Below the pieces are notes generated by a model. It searched no databases, was not told where the DNA came from, and saw nothing but the letters and a program-made list of their open reading frames with translations. The position numbers were made by a program, and so were the translations under genes. A stretch of 63,356 bases of DNA, the filler included, from Lenisia limosa (Eukaryota; Protista; Breviatea), in the NCBI GenBank assembly GCA_001655205.1. It is 19 parts of 19 records of this genome, joined end to end, with 100 filler letters (N's around TTAATTAATTAA, not from the genome) between each part and the next. Parts side by side here need not be neighbours in the genome. Positions count along the whole stretch, not along the records: positions 9,359 to 14,722 come from LPNZ01002794.1; positions 14,823 to 18,334 come from LPNZ01004162.1; positions 18,435 to 20,782 come from LPNZ01003159.1; positions 20,883 to 22,443 come from LPNZ01002775.1; positions 22,544 to 24,232 come from LPNZ01006948.1; 14 more parts are not named here. One strand, given 5' to 3'. This document shows positions 11,306 to 22,594 of the stretch, piece after piece (the stretch's first letter is position 1; every line of letters begins with the position of its first letter).

Positions 11306-14133
11306 TGAAGGGACGGGGGCTTTAGCTTTTTGGTGTATTGGGGGCTGGCAACAATGATCTTATGTGCACCTAGGTGCTAATTGATATATTAATTACCTTG
11401 CCCCAAAATCCAAGTATTTATATGGAAACTTTTAGAAAAAGTATCCTTCGGTATTATGGCTTCAATTTCCCGCTTCTATGAATTAGAAATAAATATCAAC
11501 GTTTCATATTAACAAAAGTATCAACAGTCTAATATCAATTTCTTATATATGTTACAGTAAGCAGCGGATATTGATATTATTGTTTCAAAAGTATTTCCTC
11601 CTCACAGGGAGACTTTGTTTCTGTGGGATTTTGTAACAGCTTTCCATTTTCATTCCCCAGGACAGTATGCAGTCCCTCTTTATCCTCCCACTCGACTTTC
11701 ATATCCTTCCCGACCACAACCAGAACATTCTGTGGGGAGGGGGGTAAACGAAGGGAATTTCGGTAACAAGTTGGATATAACGAAGGAGATTGAAAATGAT
11801 AAATATTGCGTGACAGGAGGTGGAGGGGAGGGGAGTAAATGAAGGAAATGTCAATCATGAATATTTGCGTATAGGTACCGAAATTAAAGAGTTTGAAATG
11901 GAATTCTTGGTACAGTTTGTTTTTTCTTTTTCAAAATTACTCACATTGCTTGCAGGGTCCTAGGATTACATTACTTGCACAGAGTCCTACGATTACATTA
12001 CGCTATACTTATATACTTAACGGGATTTATACCACTGATTGAGTTAATAATATGAAAGTCTTTTTCTGACAGTAACAGCCAGGATCTTCATGATCCTAGT
12101 TTCTAAGAGGGGCTTTACCACAGAACTCTATTCTCACACCATTGTTATACTTTAATCAATATCATATCTGTTACAAGCGTGATGGTGTGAATGGCTTCAA
12201 CCAGATACCGACTATTTTCGTCTCATCCCTACGTAATCTCACATCGTAGCCACTCCACTATGGCAGCCCTTCTCGGTCCCTTCAAACCTCACAAAGCCGC
12301 GAACAGTTTATTCGCTTTGGTGCCGTGCTACAAGGGAAAGTAAGGGGGACATGGGGGATGGGAGCAGTTAACCAATGAATAATTGTGGGAATGAATTGTT
12401 GAGCATGTACATAAATTATATCGGCTTGTCTAAATCTTTTTTAAAAAACGTCTGTAGTTGCAAAACCTTTTTTTTTTTATTTTGTTCATAAAAATACCAC
12501 TTTTACCACTTTTTTTTTAAACTACAGACACTGCCACCCCCTTTTCAGATGAGTATTATTAATTTGAGGGTGGTGGGGTGTTATTAATTTGAGGGTGGTG
12601 GAGTGTTATAGGGAGAAGACCTCATAAGGATTAAACCGGACAATAATGTGATATTTTAGTTTGAGTTAGGGCTTCACTTCGGTTCGAAAAAAGACTGAAT
12701 TTCTCGATCAGGAATCAAATAAGACATGAGTAGATTTTCTGAAATTTTGATCTTAGTGGGATGATGTTTTTTTTGTAAAAGAAGAAACAAGAAAAGTTAT
12801 TACAGAATTAACACTTTACTGCAGATTTACTCCGGAGTGTAAGGATTTTCCCATGGATTTGGGTACAGCTTTTGGCTACTTTTGACCAAAATTCATGGAT
12901 TTGGGGCTCGGTTAAGATTACGTAATGAATCTGATTTAGCGAGCTGAACTTATTGTTAGTCCCCCCTCATTGCTACACCTGATCCCCTCTCCCAGGTTGT
13001 ACGCCAACGGTTACTCAGTAGACCTGCAGTGAATTTGCGGACCCAGATTCTGGTAGGTAAAACAATGATTTAATCGCGGCATCTTTACCCATTATCAAGG
13101 TTCTCCTTTTCATTACCCACGTTTTGTGCCGTTCTTTCACGATTTTATTATCCACCGTCATTTTCCTTTAGTGATAACTCCATATCCACTGAATAATAAT
13201 GACAGTTATGTTCCAAGACTCTGATTTTCTGGGGATTACCAAATTTACCCATTTGTCCGAAAAGACAGTATTTTTTTTTTGGTATTTCTCAAATGTTTGG
13301 CTAAGAGAGTTTATCTTTTTTCCTGTTACATTCAATCTGTTTTACCCCNNNNNNNNNNNNNNNNNNNNNNNNNNNNNNNNNNNNNNNNNNNNNNNNNNNN
13401 NNNNNNNNNNNNNNNNNNNNNNNCTCACAGGACTTGGCTTCAATGATCGAGGAGTCGACGGCTGACGGCGGCGGAGACTCGGCCTTTGTGGCGCAACTCC
13501 GAACCGAAGTAGGCGGATGGTATACTGTACAAATGGGTGACTTACACGTGACTGGGTAACATTTACCGAGGTTTCTTCGAATAGTGTGAACACTTTCTCT
13601 ATCATTCTCTGTTATTAATATGTGCTTGATATTGTAATTTCTTAGTTTTATCACAACAATCATAATAATAAATGTTTCACTCCAAAACTATGAGATCTCT
13701 GATTCTACATACATCCTTTTCAATTCTCATGTTTGTTGCGGGTAAGTCGTTACTATTCAGCGACACAGTAAAACCACCCATTTGCTTCATCTTTTGGAAC
13801 GAACAGAAGAAACTGCACCTGAAAGGCGTCCTGTCACTGTTGGGGAGGGGGTGGTATGTAGTGTATATATTATTCATATCGATACTATATAGTATAATAC
13901 AGTCTGATGTACATCTAATACATGTAGTTACATATCATGTACTAACATGTATAGTTAAGATTTGACTTGCTCAGTGCTGATATAGCACACATTTATTAAG
14001 GGCTTTTTGATAATTTACGTATTTCTTGGGTGGTGTGAACGAGCAATTACGACGCAGGTTATTGAGCCGATCCGATCTCCAGATCCAAGTCCCACCAAAG
14101 CCGTACAGAGACCCCATACCGCCTCCGCGAGAG
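11106..14133 (+). CDS. Multi-exon protein with Ser/Pro-rich region and IQ-like motif (CP110-like C-terminal pattern)
   Basis: Seven phase-consistent exons (11106-11238, 11661-11731, 12250-12339, 12996-13052, 13431-13508, 13761-13838, 14058-14133): ...FIRFGAVLQGKVVRQRLLSRPAVNLRTQILDLASMIEESTADGGGDSAFVAQLRTE... The gene is solid; the family call is tentative. Confidence 0.65.
12832..12941 (+). repeat. Repeat family E copy 1 (about 110 bp)
   Basis: Near-identical to 18540-18648 on a different scaffold (CGGAGTGTAAGGATT...GGGTACAGC...CTCGGTTAAGAT(T/C)ACGTAATGAATCTG). Confidence 0.85.
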
Positions 14134-14939
14134 GTACCCAGGATTTCTACTTTGCCTATTTGTTAAATACCTGATTAGAATTTCGACTTTTTTTTTTATT
14201 AGTGTTAAGGATTTGTTGAAATGCTTTTGCTTTGGAGAATCATTATTTGGTTCGGAATAAACCCCTAAACCCCTATTGAAGTATTCGCAAAATGGCCCAC
14301 TTCCTGGAGATATTGGAATACGGTGCTAGGAAATATGCTTTTGTTGTCGATCGAAGTGGGATGCAGCACAGTAGAAGAAACTGGCTATATGTTTGTTTTG
14401 TATCATTTTTGAGTGTCTCCTTTAACATGGGGCAGAATGTCGACTGTTTTTTTTTATCTTATCATAGCGTTCCTTTGCTAATGTTCGTTAATCTAATAGA
14501 GCTATTTTTTTTTTTGTACATCTCTCTACCCCCTTTACGGTGCTGTAGAAACGACTGACCTGGGCGTTGTTTTTGTTGTTTTCAGCCAACTGATTCGATT
14601 TTTGATTTTATTTTTCTCCCATATTTCCATGTTTGCGCTGGAGTAATGGGATGCGGTGCTACAGAAGCGACTGGCCTTGTTGTTATCAACCCTTGTGGTT
14701 GTCAGCCACCAGAGTTAATATGNNNNNNNNNNNNNNNNNNNNNNNNNNNNNNNNNNNNNNNNNNNNTTAATTAATTAANNNNNNNNNNNNNNNNNNNNNN
14801 NNNNNNNNNNNNNNNNNNNNNNTAGTGCGGGGGAGGGGGTATTGGTTCAATCAAAATGGGTTACAATTGGAGCTTCACTCAGTTCAAAAATCGACTGAAT
14901 ATCTTGAACCTAGTCTTGGTTGTCCCTCATACCCTCAAG

Positions 14940-17900
14940 GTTGCCTACGTCCCCGATCCCCACAAGAACCACTACCGTACTGACGTAAGCTATTTGTACA
15001 GTGATTATATAGCATACGAAATCCTTGGTACAGTCATTCTGAGAATAGTACAGAATCATAATTCTGAGACCCTTTTCCCGTCATCTTCTTTTGATTATAT
15101 ATTCCTGAGAACCTAGTGTCATCCTTCTAATCATCATATCCTTATCATCATACTTGGACAGTAATTAAGAATCCTTGAGTCTAAATCCAACCATACTGGG
15201 TAACTCAACCAACACACACTCCCAACTAATCCCGAATAGGTTGGCGACTCCCTAGACTGGATTGAGTACCAGGCCTCTGATGGTCTGGGTCTGACGTCTT
15301 CTGTACCTGGCCTGGTGGAGGTTACTGGTGAGCTCGGGTTATACATGAAGAGCCATTCACCCCATTCTTAAGCTATTTTCACTGATATCTGCAGTCGAAA
15401 GAATCAATGACGCTGTAACCCTCAACTACCCTGGTACTAAGACCGTTACTGAGGACCAGTACACCAAAATACCTTTCACTGTGGGGGTCATTGATTTTTT
15501 TATTTCTTCTTTTGTTTTAGCTCGTCCTTTTCTCTTTTTATCTTTCTTCTTTCATCTTTTCCCCTTTCTTCTATTTCTCCATTTTTAAAATGACCGTCTT
15601 ACTCCTCTAGTTCAGCGATATCGACTATAAGGACGATGCAGCCGCCTCCACTGTTTACACAGTAACTACTACCACGAAACATGGAACTGTGCGCTTGGAT
15701 TTGGGTTTTCAATTTTTAAAAAATCACAGATGAATTAGTCTCTATACATACATTACGATATTACAATTGGGTACTTAGAATTTCCCTGAAATAAAACTTT
15801 CATTAACTTCTATATATAAGATCAATATTAAAGTCGTACAAATGCAACCTTTTGTACATATTGTTATCTCTGCCCAACTTTTTCCTGTTTCTCTTTTTTT
15901 TTTTTTACCCCCCTAGATGTGGTATCGAGGNNNNNNNNNNNNNNNNNNNNNNNNNNNNNNNNNNNNNNNNNNNNNNNNCCGGAGTACCCGGGAGTGTTAT
16001 CAGCCGCCCGGTCTGGGCTATGAGCCACCAGAGGAATAAAAGGTGGGATATGGAGGAGGGTCTTTTGGGTTTTCTTGGAAATATGTGGGGGAAGTGAATG
16101 ATAGGGGGGGAGGGGTATTTGTTTCATTTTGTTTACTTCAATCTATTAGGCTTGTCGACTTGCTTCCGAATACGGTTCTTAAAAAACAAAAACAAAAAGA
16201 GCCCAATGTTAGGTCTTTAATAAACCTCTGAACTCCAGAACCTCAGACTAGTTTTTTTTTTCAAACAAAGCACTTATCTTTCCAGGACCGACGCGACGTA
16301 CACAGCAATGTGGAGAGCTACCGGTTACAACGCCGCCACCACTCTCCTGGCTAACCTGGAGTATGTTGCGGACCCGAATTACTGCAATGCACCTACTGCT
16401 GGTTTGTGGGGAGGAATTGATGTATTTCCTAGGTTTGTGGTCAAGAAGTATCCCGGTCACTCAATATTTTGTTTCTCTTTGGTCTAAAATAACAGCTTAC
16501 GACCCTTCGGAGTCTTTGACCGTCTGCATTGCTGATGATGGTGCTCCCAATAACAACGTGTTCGACTCCTGTCAGACTATGTATGGGTGGTATATCGGAT
16601 TTTGTGGGTGTATAATCTTAAGATTGTGGGAGGGTATGTCAGACCATGTATGAGGAAAATGATTAGTTTTATTAAACATTGATATTCGTCCTTATTATTA
16701 TCACACTTACACCGCCACACTCAACTTTTCCCAATTTCCCCTCATCCCCCACAGCACCATCACGGTGAACTGTGTCAACGATGCCCCAATCCTATCACTG
16801 ACCACAACATCTCGCAAGACCAACGAGGACTTTGCCCATTATCTCGCGGACCTCATTGTGACGGATGTTGACGCACAGGAAACTGATGGTACGCCTGGAG
16901 GGCTTCTCTCATCGAAAAAAGACTGAATTTTTCGGTAAATCTTTGACAATTATCGATATATTAGGATTTATCGAGAAATTCTATCTTTTTTTGTTTTTCC
17001 AAACCGATGTGAAGCCTTACCTGTATCATCATATGTATTGTATCATAGTGACGCTTTATCCAATATCTCTAAGCGTGATTGTGGCTTTGGCCAGCATAGT
17101 TCACTCCTCAGCATCATTGACGTTCACTGCCACTTGTAAGCATTGCGCCTTTGAAATGACCGCAGCGGACGGCTGTGGCATTTCTGTGGTGTCTGACTCG
17201 GATATCGGCAGTGTAANNNNNNNNNNNNNNNNNNNNNNNNNNNNNNNNNNNNNNNNNNNNNNNNNNNNNNNNNNNNNNNNNNNNNNNNNNNNNNNNNNNN
17301 NNNNNNNNNNNNNNNNNNNNNNNNNNNNNNNNNNNNNNNNNNNNNNNNNNNNNNNNNNNNNNNTCACCCCCCTTCCCCTAGGTCGGAGACTTCCCCGGAC
17401 ACCACATTTTCGAATACGACCCAAGTCACCAATCCTATCACACCCGCAACTACAACTCTGCTCAGAGCCACACGTAGGTTGTGGACATACAATATAATAT
17501 ATAAATATCATGTTTGACCGGCTTCGGACAGATACCCATCTTGTTTTGCTTACCGTCTGCATATCTCACTAAATATTAGGTATCATCTCGTTTTACTTAT
17601 TATATTCTCAACATGTCTCACAAACGCCACAGGTATCAAGCAGTCGGTTCGTTAGAAGCTATGCAATGCGGCTTCCGCTCGCTTCGCTACGTTCCCCACT
17701 CCAACTATAACACTTTCTACGATGGCGTTGACCCCGTAGGCTTGTAGAAAATAAGAGCAATTACGGCTTCTTGGAAAAAAGACTGAATTTCTCGATAAAT
17801 CCTCGAAAACTATCGGTAGTTTGACGGTCTTTTTCGAACCTTCGGCCAGTGTATGCCCACCGGTATGGATATGTAGATTGGTGCTCTGATTTTTCGAAGG

Positions 17901-18248
17901 ACTCAGTGTAATTAATTGAAAAATTAATATCAAAATTTCGAGTGGGACATTAGTGGGGCTTCACTTCGGTTCGAAAAAGACTTTTAACGAGAAACTCATT
18001 TCAGGCACTTTAGTTCAAATTTTGTCAATCAATTTCCTCAAAATAATTGCACGAAGCCCTAGGTTTTAGGTTCACCACCACCCCAAATTACCCCTTTTTC
18101 CTCTCCCTCCACCATTCACCCACCAGATCACCCTGCACATATCAGACAACGGGGGGTCCGGAAGCGGTTCATCCTTAACCGACCAAATCGCAGCGTCTGT
18201 GACTGTCACGGCCGTCAACGATGTCCCCGTACTTACTGGGCCGACTAA
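14940..18248 (+). CDS. Large adhesin-like protein with bacterial Ig/cadherin-like (VNDAP, tandem-95 type) repeats, partial
   Basis: Exons give RINDAVTLNYPG..TVTED, ITVNCVNDAPILSLTTTSRKTNED...VTDVDAQETDG, LRYVPHSNYNTFYDGVD and ITLHISDNGGSGSGSSLTDQIAASVTVTAVNDVPVLTGP. There are more than 10 GT-AG introns. Confidence 0.8.
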
Positions 18249-18539
18249 GTGGGGGGTTGTTTTGGGTTATTACTTCATAAATTTTCCAATTTACGGGCCG
18301 ACTCAGTGGGTTCAAAAATAATGCATACATATTANNNNNNNNNNNNNNNNNNNNNNNNNNNNNNNNNNNNNNNNNNNNTTAATTAATTAANNNNNNNNNN
18401 NNNNNNNNNNNNNNNNNNNNNNNNNNNNNNNNNNCCACAGGTAAGCCACCACCTCTCCACTTCGTCCTTGTCTATTCCGGTGCCGGCCCGCGCCCATTCT
18501 CCGTTGGGAGGGTATTATACCGCTAAACTAGAATGAAAC

Positions 18540-18648
18540 CTCGGAGTGTAAGGATTATCCCATGGATTTTGGGTACAGCCTTTGGCTACTTTTACCAAGT
18601 TCATGAATTTGGGACTCGGTTAAGATCACGTAATGAATCTGGTTTGCG
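18540..18648 (+). repeat. Repeat family E copy 2
   Basis: See 12832-12941. Confidence 0.85.
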
Positions 18649-18780
18649 GTCTGCTTTAAGGGGAGGGGGGTATAAACACAGAGATGAGGGAGAAGGTTGT
18701 ATTATCCCATTACCTCACGCCAATTTTCTGACATTTCACGCCAATTTTTTACGTCCTATTTTCGCACTTACGCAACTCCA

Positions 18781-20759
18781 GCCTTGACGTTCGGGCTGAA
18801 ACGGTCCGAGTCAGTAGGGTGTCTCTGAAAGCCATGACCGAGTTCCACCCGGGTTGTGACGATGAGCTTCATCTTCAGCATCATATTTGTTGCTGTATGG
18901 GGGTTTTATATCCTTGATTATTTGATTGTCGCTGTGGGGGGGGGGGGNNNNNNNNNNNNNNNNNNNNNNNNNNNNNNNNNNNNNNNNNNNNNNNNNNNNN
19001 NNNNNNNNNNNNNNNNNNNNAGGGGTAGTCGTCATTGTAATATATATAGATGTATATAGAGACTCCTCGAAAATATACATAATCTACATATACAATATGG
19101 GGTAGGGGTCTGGGGGATACTTTCGACAAAATTACTCCTTTTGTTGGCTATTCACTTATTTCGCATGTCATAACCCCTCGTTTGGCAGTTTGGCAGGCTA
19201 TTCACTTATTCACGTTAGTGTTCAACTTCGAAGAAGGGCGATTCATGGAGGGCTTCATTCCAATGAGCGCCACTCTCACCTTTTCCAACAAACAGGTTTG
19301 AAGAATCACCCCCCCTCCCATTTTGTTGTTTTCAATGCTTGATGTGGTTGCTAACAGAGTTGATTTTGGGTTTTTTTTGCTTATAAATTGACATTCTGAC
19401 CCCCCACCCACTCTGGATTGATGGGGTACGATGCTGCAGAAGCGACTTGCCATTTTTATCAACCCTCGTGCGTGTGTTGTCAGCCAGCAGAGTTGATTTG
19501 GGCTCTTTTTGTCTAATAAATTGTCCAATTTCATCCCCCCCCCCCTCACCCCTCAGACTGAGCGAATGTTTCGACAGTACTTCCGGCACGACTCCTCTCG
19601 ACACTTTCTTGCGGNNNNNNNNNNNNNNNNNNNNNNNNNNNNNNNNNNNNNNNNNNNNNNNNNNNNNNNNNNNNNNCTCTGTATAGAGTGGGGGCTGTCT
19701 GTCTTTCAAAAAACAAAAATCATTTTTCGAATTATTATCTCACTGTTTGGATCATTTTCACATGTGTGAAAGATCATCTTCGGCCAGATACAAACTTATT
19801 TTTTCTTTCTCATTGCTGTATATCATTTTCCGCACAGTAATATGAATAGATTTCCCCAAAAATGCCTATTTTGACTACTCTCCCCTCCCCTCCATCATTA
19901 TTATTTAGATGCCTGTTGGTGTTTGCCCTCATGCTGATTGTCATCATGGGCGGCACGGACTCCGGACCCTTCCAATTCTCCGATAGAAAACACTCGAGAA
20001 ACAGCCTGAAGCGCATCATATCCCTGCTTTTCACGTAGGGTTGGGGTTGACCTCAAATCTTGGGCTTCACTTCGGTTCAAAACAAAGACTGAATTTCTCA
20101 TAAATCCTAGATAAATATCGATATTTTATCAGTCTTTTTCGAACCGAAGTGAAGGCCTAATCGTATCCTTACTTTTACGTGGGATGTTGGGGGAAGTTAT
20201 TGTATGATATGTGTTGGAGATTAATATGATTGAGGGGGGCTATTGGGGAGTAGTATTGATCTAAAAAAAGACTCGAAAAGTGCCGTGAAGCTCCATATCC
20301 TTACCCTACTGCCAGACTGGTCTCCATCATGACCGCACTTGTTTTCGTCCCCAACATTCCGAAGCTTCGAACCGCTATCGCAACCTGGGCCCCGGTGTTG
20401 GGCCATCTTTCCCTCGTCTTGGCTTTTGTTGGGGGGAGAGGCTTTTGTTGGGGGGAGAGGCTTTTCCGGCATTATTTTTTTATGATGATTATCATTATTA
20501 TTTTTTGAGGGGGGTATGAGGCAAAATTTGGTTAATATCCTTATGTGGTAGGTCCTACTTACAAGATAAGGCAAGTGCTCTTACTTACCTGATTAGGCAA
20601 GTCTATTTCTATTTGACGATGTTCTCATTGACGAAGAGGCCTATCTACGTTTTTCGACCACAGTTGTTGGGCTCTGCGGCTTTCTATGGGTTTTTGACGC
20701 CCTGGTACTGCAAAGCTTCAGCCTGTCGTTGATGTCCATCACGTTTTTGCTGCCTCTTG
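18781..20759 (+). CDS. Polytopic membrane protein, partial
   Basis: Exons encode MSFIFSIIFVAVWGFYILDYLIVA, TERMFRQYFRHDSSRHFLA, CLLVFALMLIVIMGG...KRIISLLFTLVSIMTALVFVPN and YLRFSTTVVGLCGFLWVFDALVLQSF; several TM helices. Confidence 0.6.
19425..19555 (+). repeat. Repeat family C copy ending at a splice acceptor
   Basis: The C consensus runs into ...AATTTCATCCCCCCCCCCTCACCCCTCAG, followed immediately by an exon. Confidence 0.85.
20060..20159. mobile_element. MITE family A copy
   Basis: 100 bp with TIRs; degenerate TSD CTCAAATC/ATCGTATC. Confidence 0.85.
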
Positions 20760-20924
20760 GTGGGGGGGGGGGGCTGTTTTCGNNNNNNNNNNNNNNNNNN
20801 NNNNNNNNNNNNNNNNNNNNNNNNNNTTAATTAATTAANNNNNNNNNNNNNNNNNNNNNNNNNNNNNNNNNNNNNNNNNNNNAATATGATATCTCAGAGA
20901 TATATAATAGTATTGTATATGATA

Positions 20925-21913
20925 TGCTGGTGCGCAGAAACCTCGTTAATTCGAAAACTCCGTTGTTAATTCAAATTTATATTCTACTGATAATTCTACC
21001 ATGTTTCTATGAATACTAGCTATATGATATAATAAATGCATTAAATATCTTTTTTTTGTTTTAAATCTAAAAGGCAGTGAAAAAAAAAAAATCACCCTGT
21101 TGAAATCAAAATATGTTGAAAAACTATCTATTTATTGAAGACCGAAGAATGATTTGAAATCATTACAACACTAGTACTTGGCCTTGGTAAGCATTTTCTT
21201 CTTCTTCTGATTCTTCTTGAGTTTTTCAATTACAGCAGTATTGGGTGATAATACACCACTCTGATAAACATAATTTTTTTTCCTATGGTCCTTTTCCTTG
21301 TATTTCTTCTTGATTGGCGATAACCTTTATTTTAAGTTTTTAAAAGTAGGAAATAAAGAGATCTCAAAAACTGATGAGTAACTTTTGGGTAGCCGTCACT
21401 TTCTGTTGGACGAAAACAGTCTCCTTTTGCAAACATTTTGATATTTACTGACAAGGCATCAAATCCCTTGGCACTGTAACCGTAATCTTTTTGGGAGGCA
21501 CGGATAACAGAAAATGATGGTTCTTTTAAAGACACAGCAACAAACCAGCTAAATATAGTCGTAAAATCGTCTTGGTCCGGTGAGAACGGACCTAATTCAC
21601 CGCTTTGGTGAGGTTATAGTGGCTCACAAAAACTCTGCTGTGACAAAAAACTTTTGAAATCAAAACTATAAGGTTCAAGCTTGTAAAAGAGCAAAAAAAA
21701 AACACTAAATTAACGTCCGCTAAAAGAGGGATGGTATTTTCAAAAAAAAAAGCCACGAACTGGACTATGAACTGACCTTTTTTTTGTAATTCCTGACTGG
21801 TAACCGTTTCTTCAATATTGTTCCAAAAAGTATTTCGAAAAATTGTGAAATCTACGTTTTTTTGGAATTAACAACGTAGTTTTCGATTACAACGGGGTTT
21901 CTGCGCGCCAGCA
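20925..21913 (-). mobile_element. About 990-bp TIR DNA transposon derivative with a transposase C-terminal-like remnant
   Basis: Imperfect TIRs of about 50 bp (TGCTGGTGCGCAGAAACCTCGTTAATTCGAAAACT..CGTTGTTAATTC versus its reverse complement at 21862-21913), with TA at both flanks. Minus-strand remnants DDFTTIFSWFVAVSLKEPSFSVIRASQKDYG and the Lys-rich KKNYVYQSGVLSPN... Confidence 0.7.
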
Positions 21914-22594
21914 TATCTTTTTTCCTCTAATACCCCCCCCCCCNNNNNNNNNNNNNNNNNNNNNNNNNNNNNNNNNNNNNNNNNNNNNNNNNNNNNNNNN
22001 NNNNNNNNNNNNNNNNNNNNNNNNNGAACGTCCATTAGCTTCGACCTGGACCCTTTAAAGGTGTGCTAGGGGAGGGGTTTCCTATTATTCGGTTTTTGTT
22101 GAGTTTATTTTATTGTGAGAATGCTTTGATTAGTGTTCTTTGGTCTGTTTTGTATGCGATTTTTGAGTCTTAAATTATTTTGCTACATTGTTTTGCCCCC
22201 CGGGGTTTGTTTTGTTGTTATCAACCCTCGTGTGTTGTCAGCCAACGGTATTGATTTTGGGCTTTTTATTGTTCATAAATTTTACCATTCTTCTCTCCCA
22301 GATTCCCAAAATGTTGCACACCAGAGTTAATTTTGGACTTTCATTGCCCCTCCCCCCAGGATTATTGTCTTTACCGCAATATTCTTCAAGTTTCCTTCAT
22401 TTTACCTTTACTCCAATATTCTTCCAAGAAATTTCGTTCTTTTNNNNNNNNNNNNNNNNNNNNNNNNNNNNNNNNNNNNNNNNNNNNTTAATTAATTAAN
22501 NNNNNNNNNNNNNNNNNNNNNNNNNNNNNNNNNNNNNNNNNNNTACATATAGCTTAATGATCCCCCCTCCTCCCTTGTAATCCCCCCCCCCCAG

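Noticed and set aside
16865-17497. 210-aa ORF as a single CDS
   Set aside because: It spans MITE A, a B fragment and an N gap; only part is an exon of the adhesin gene.
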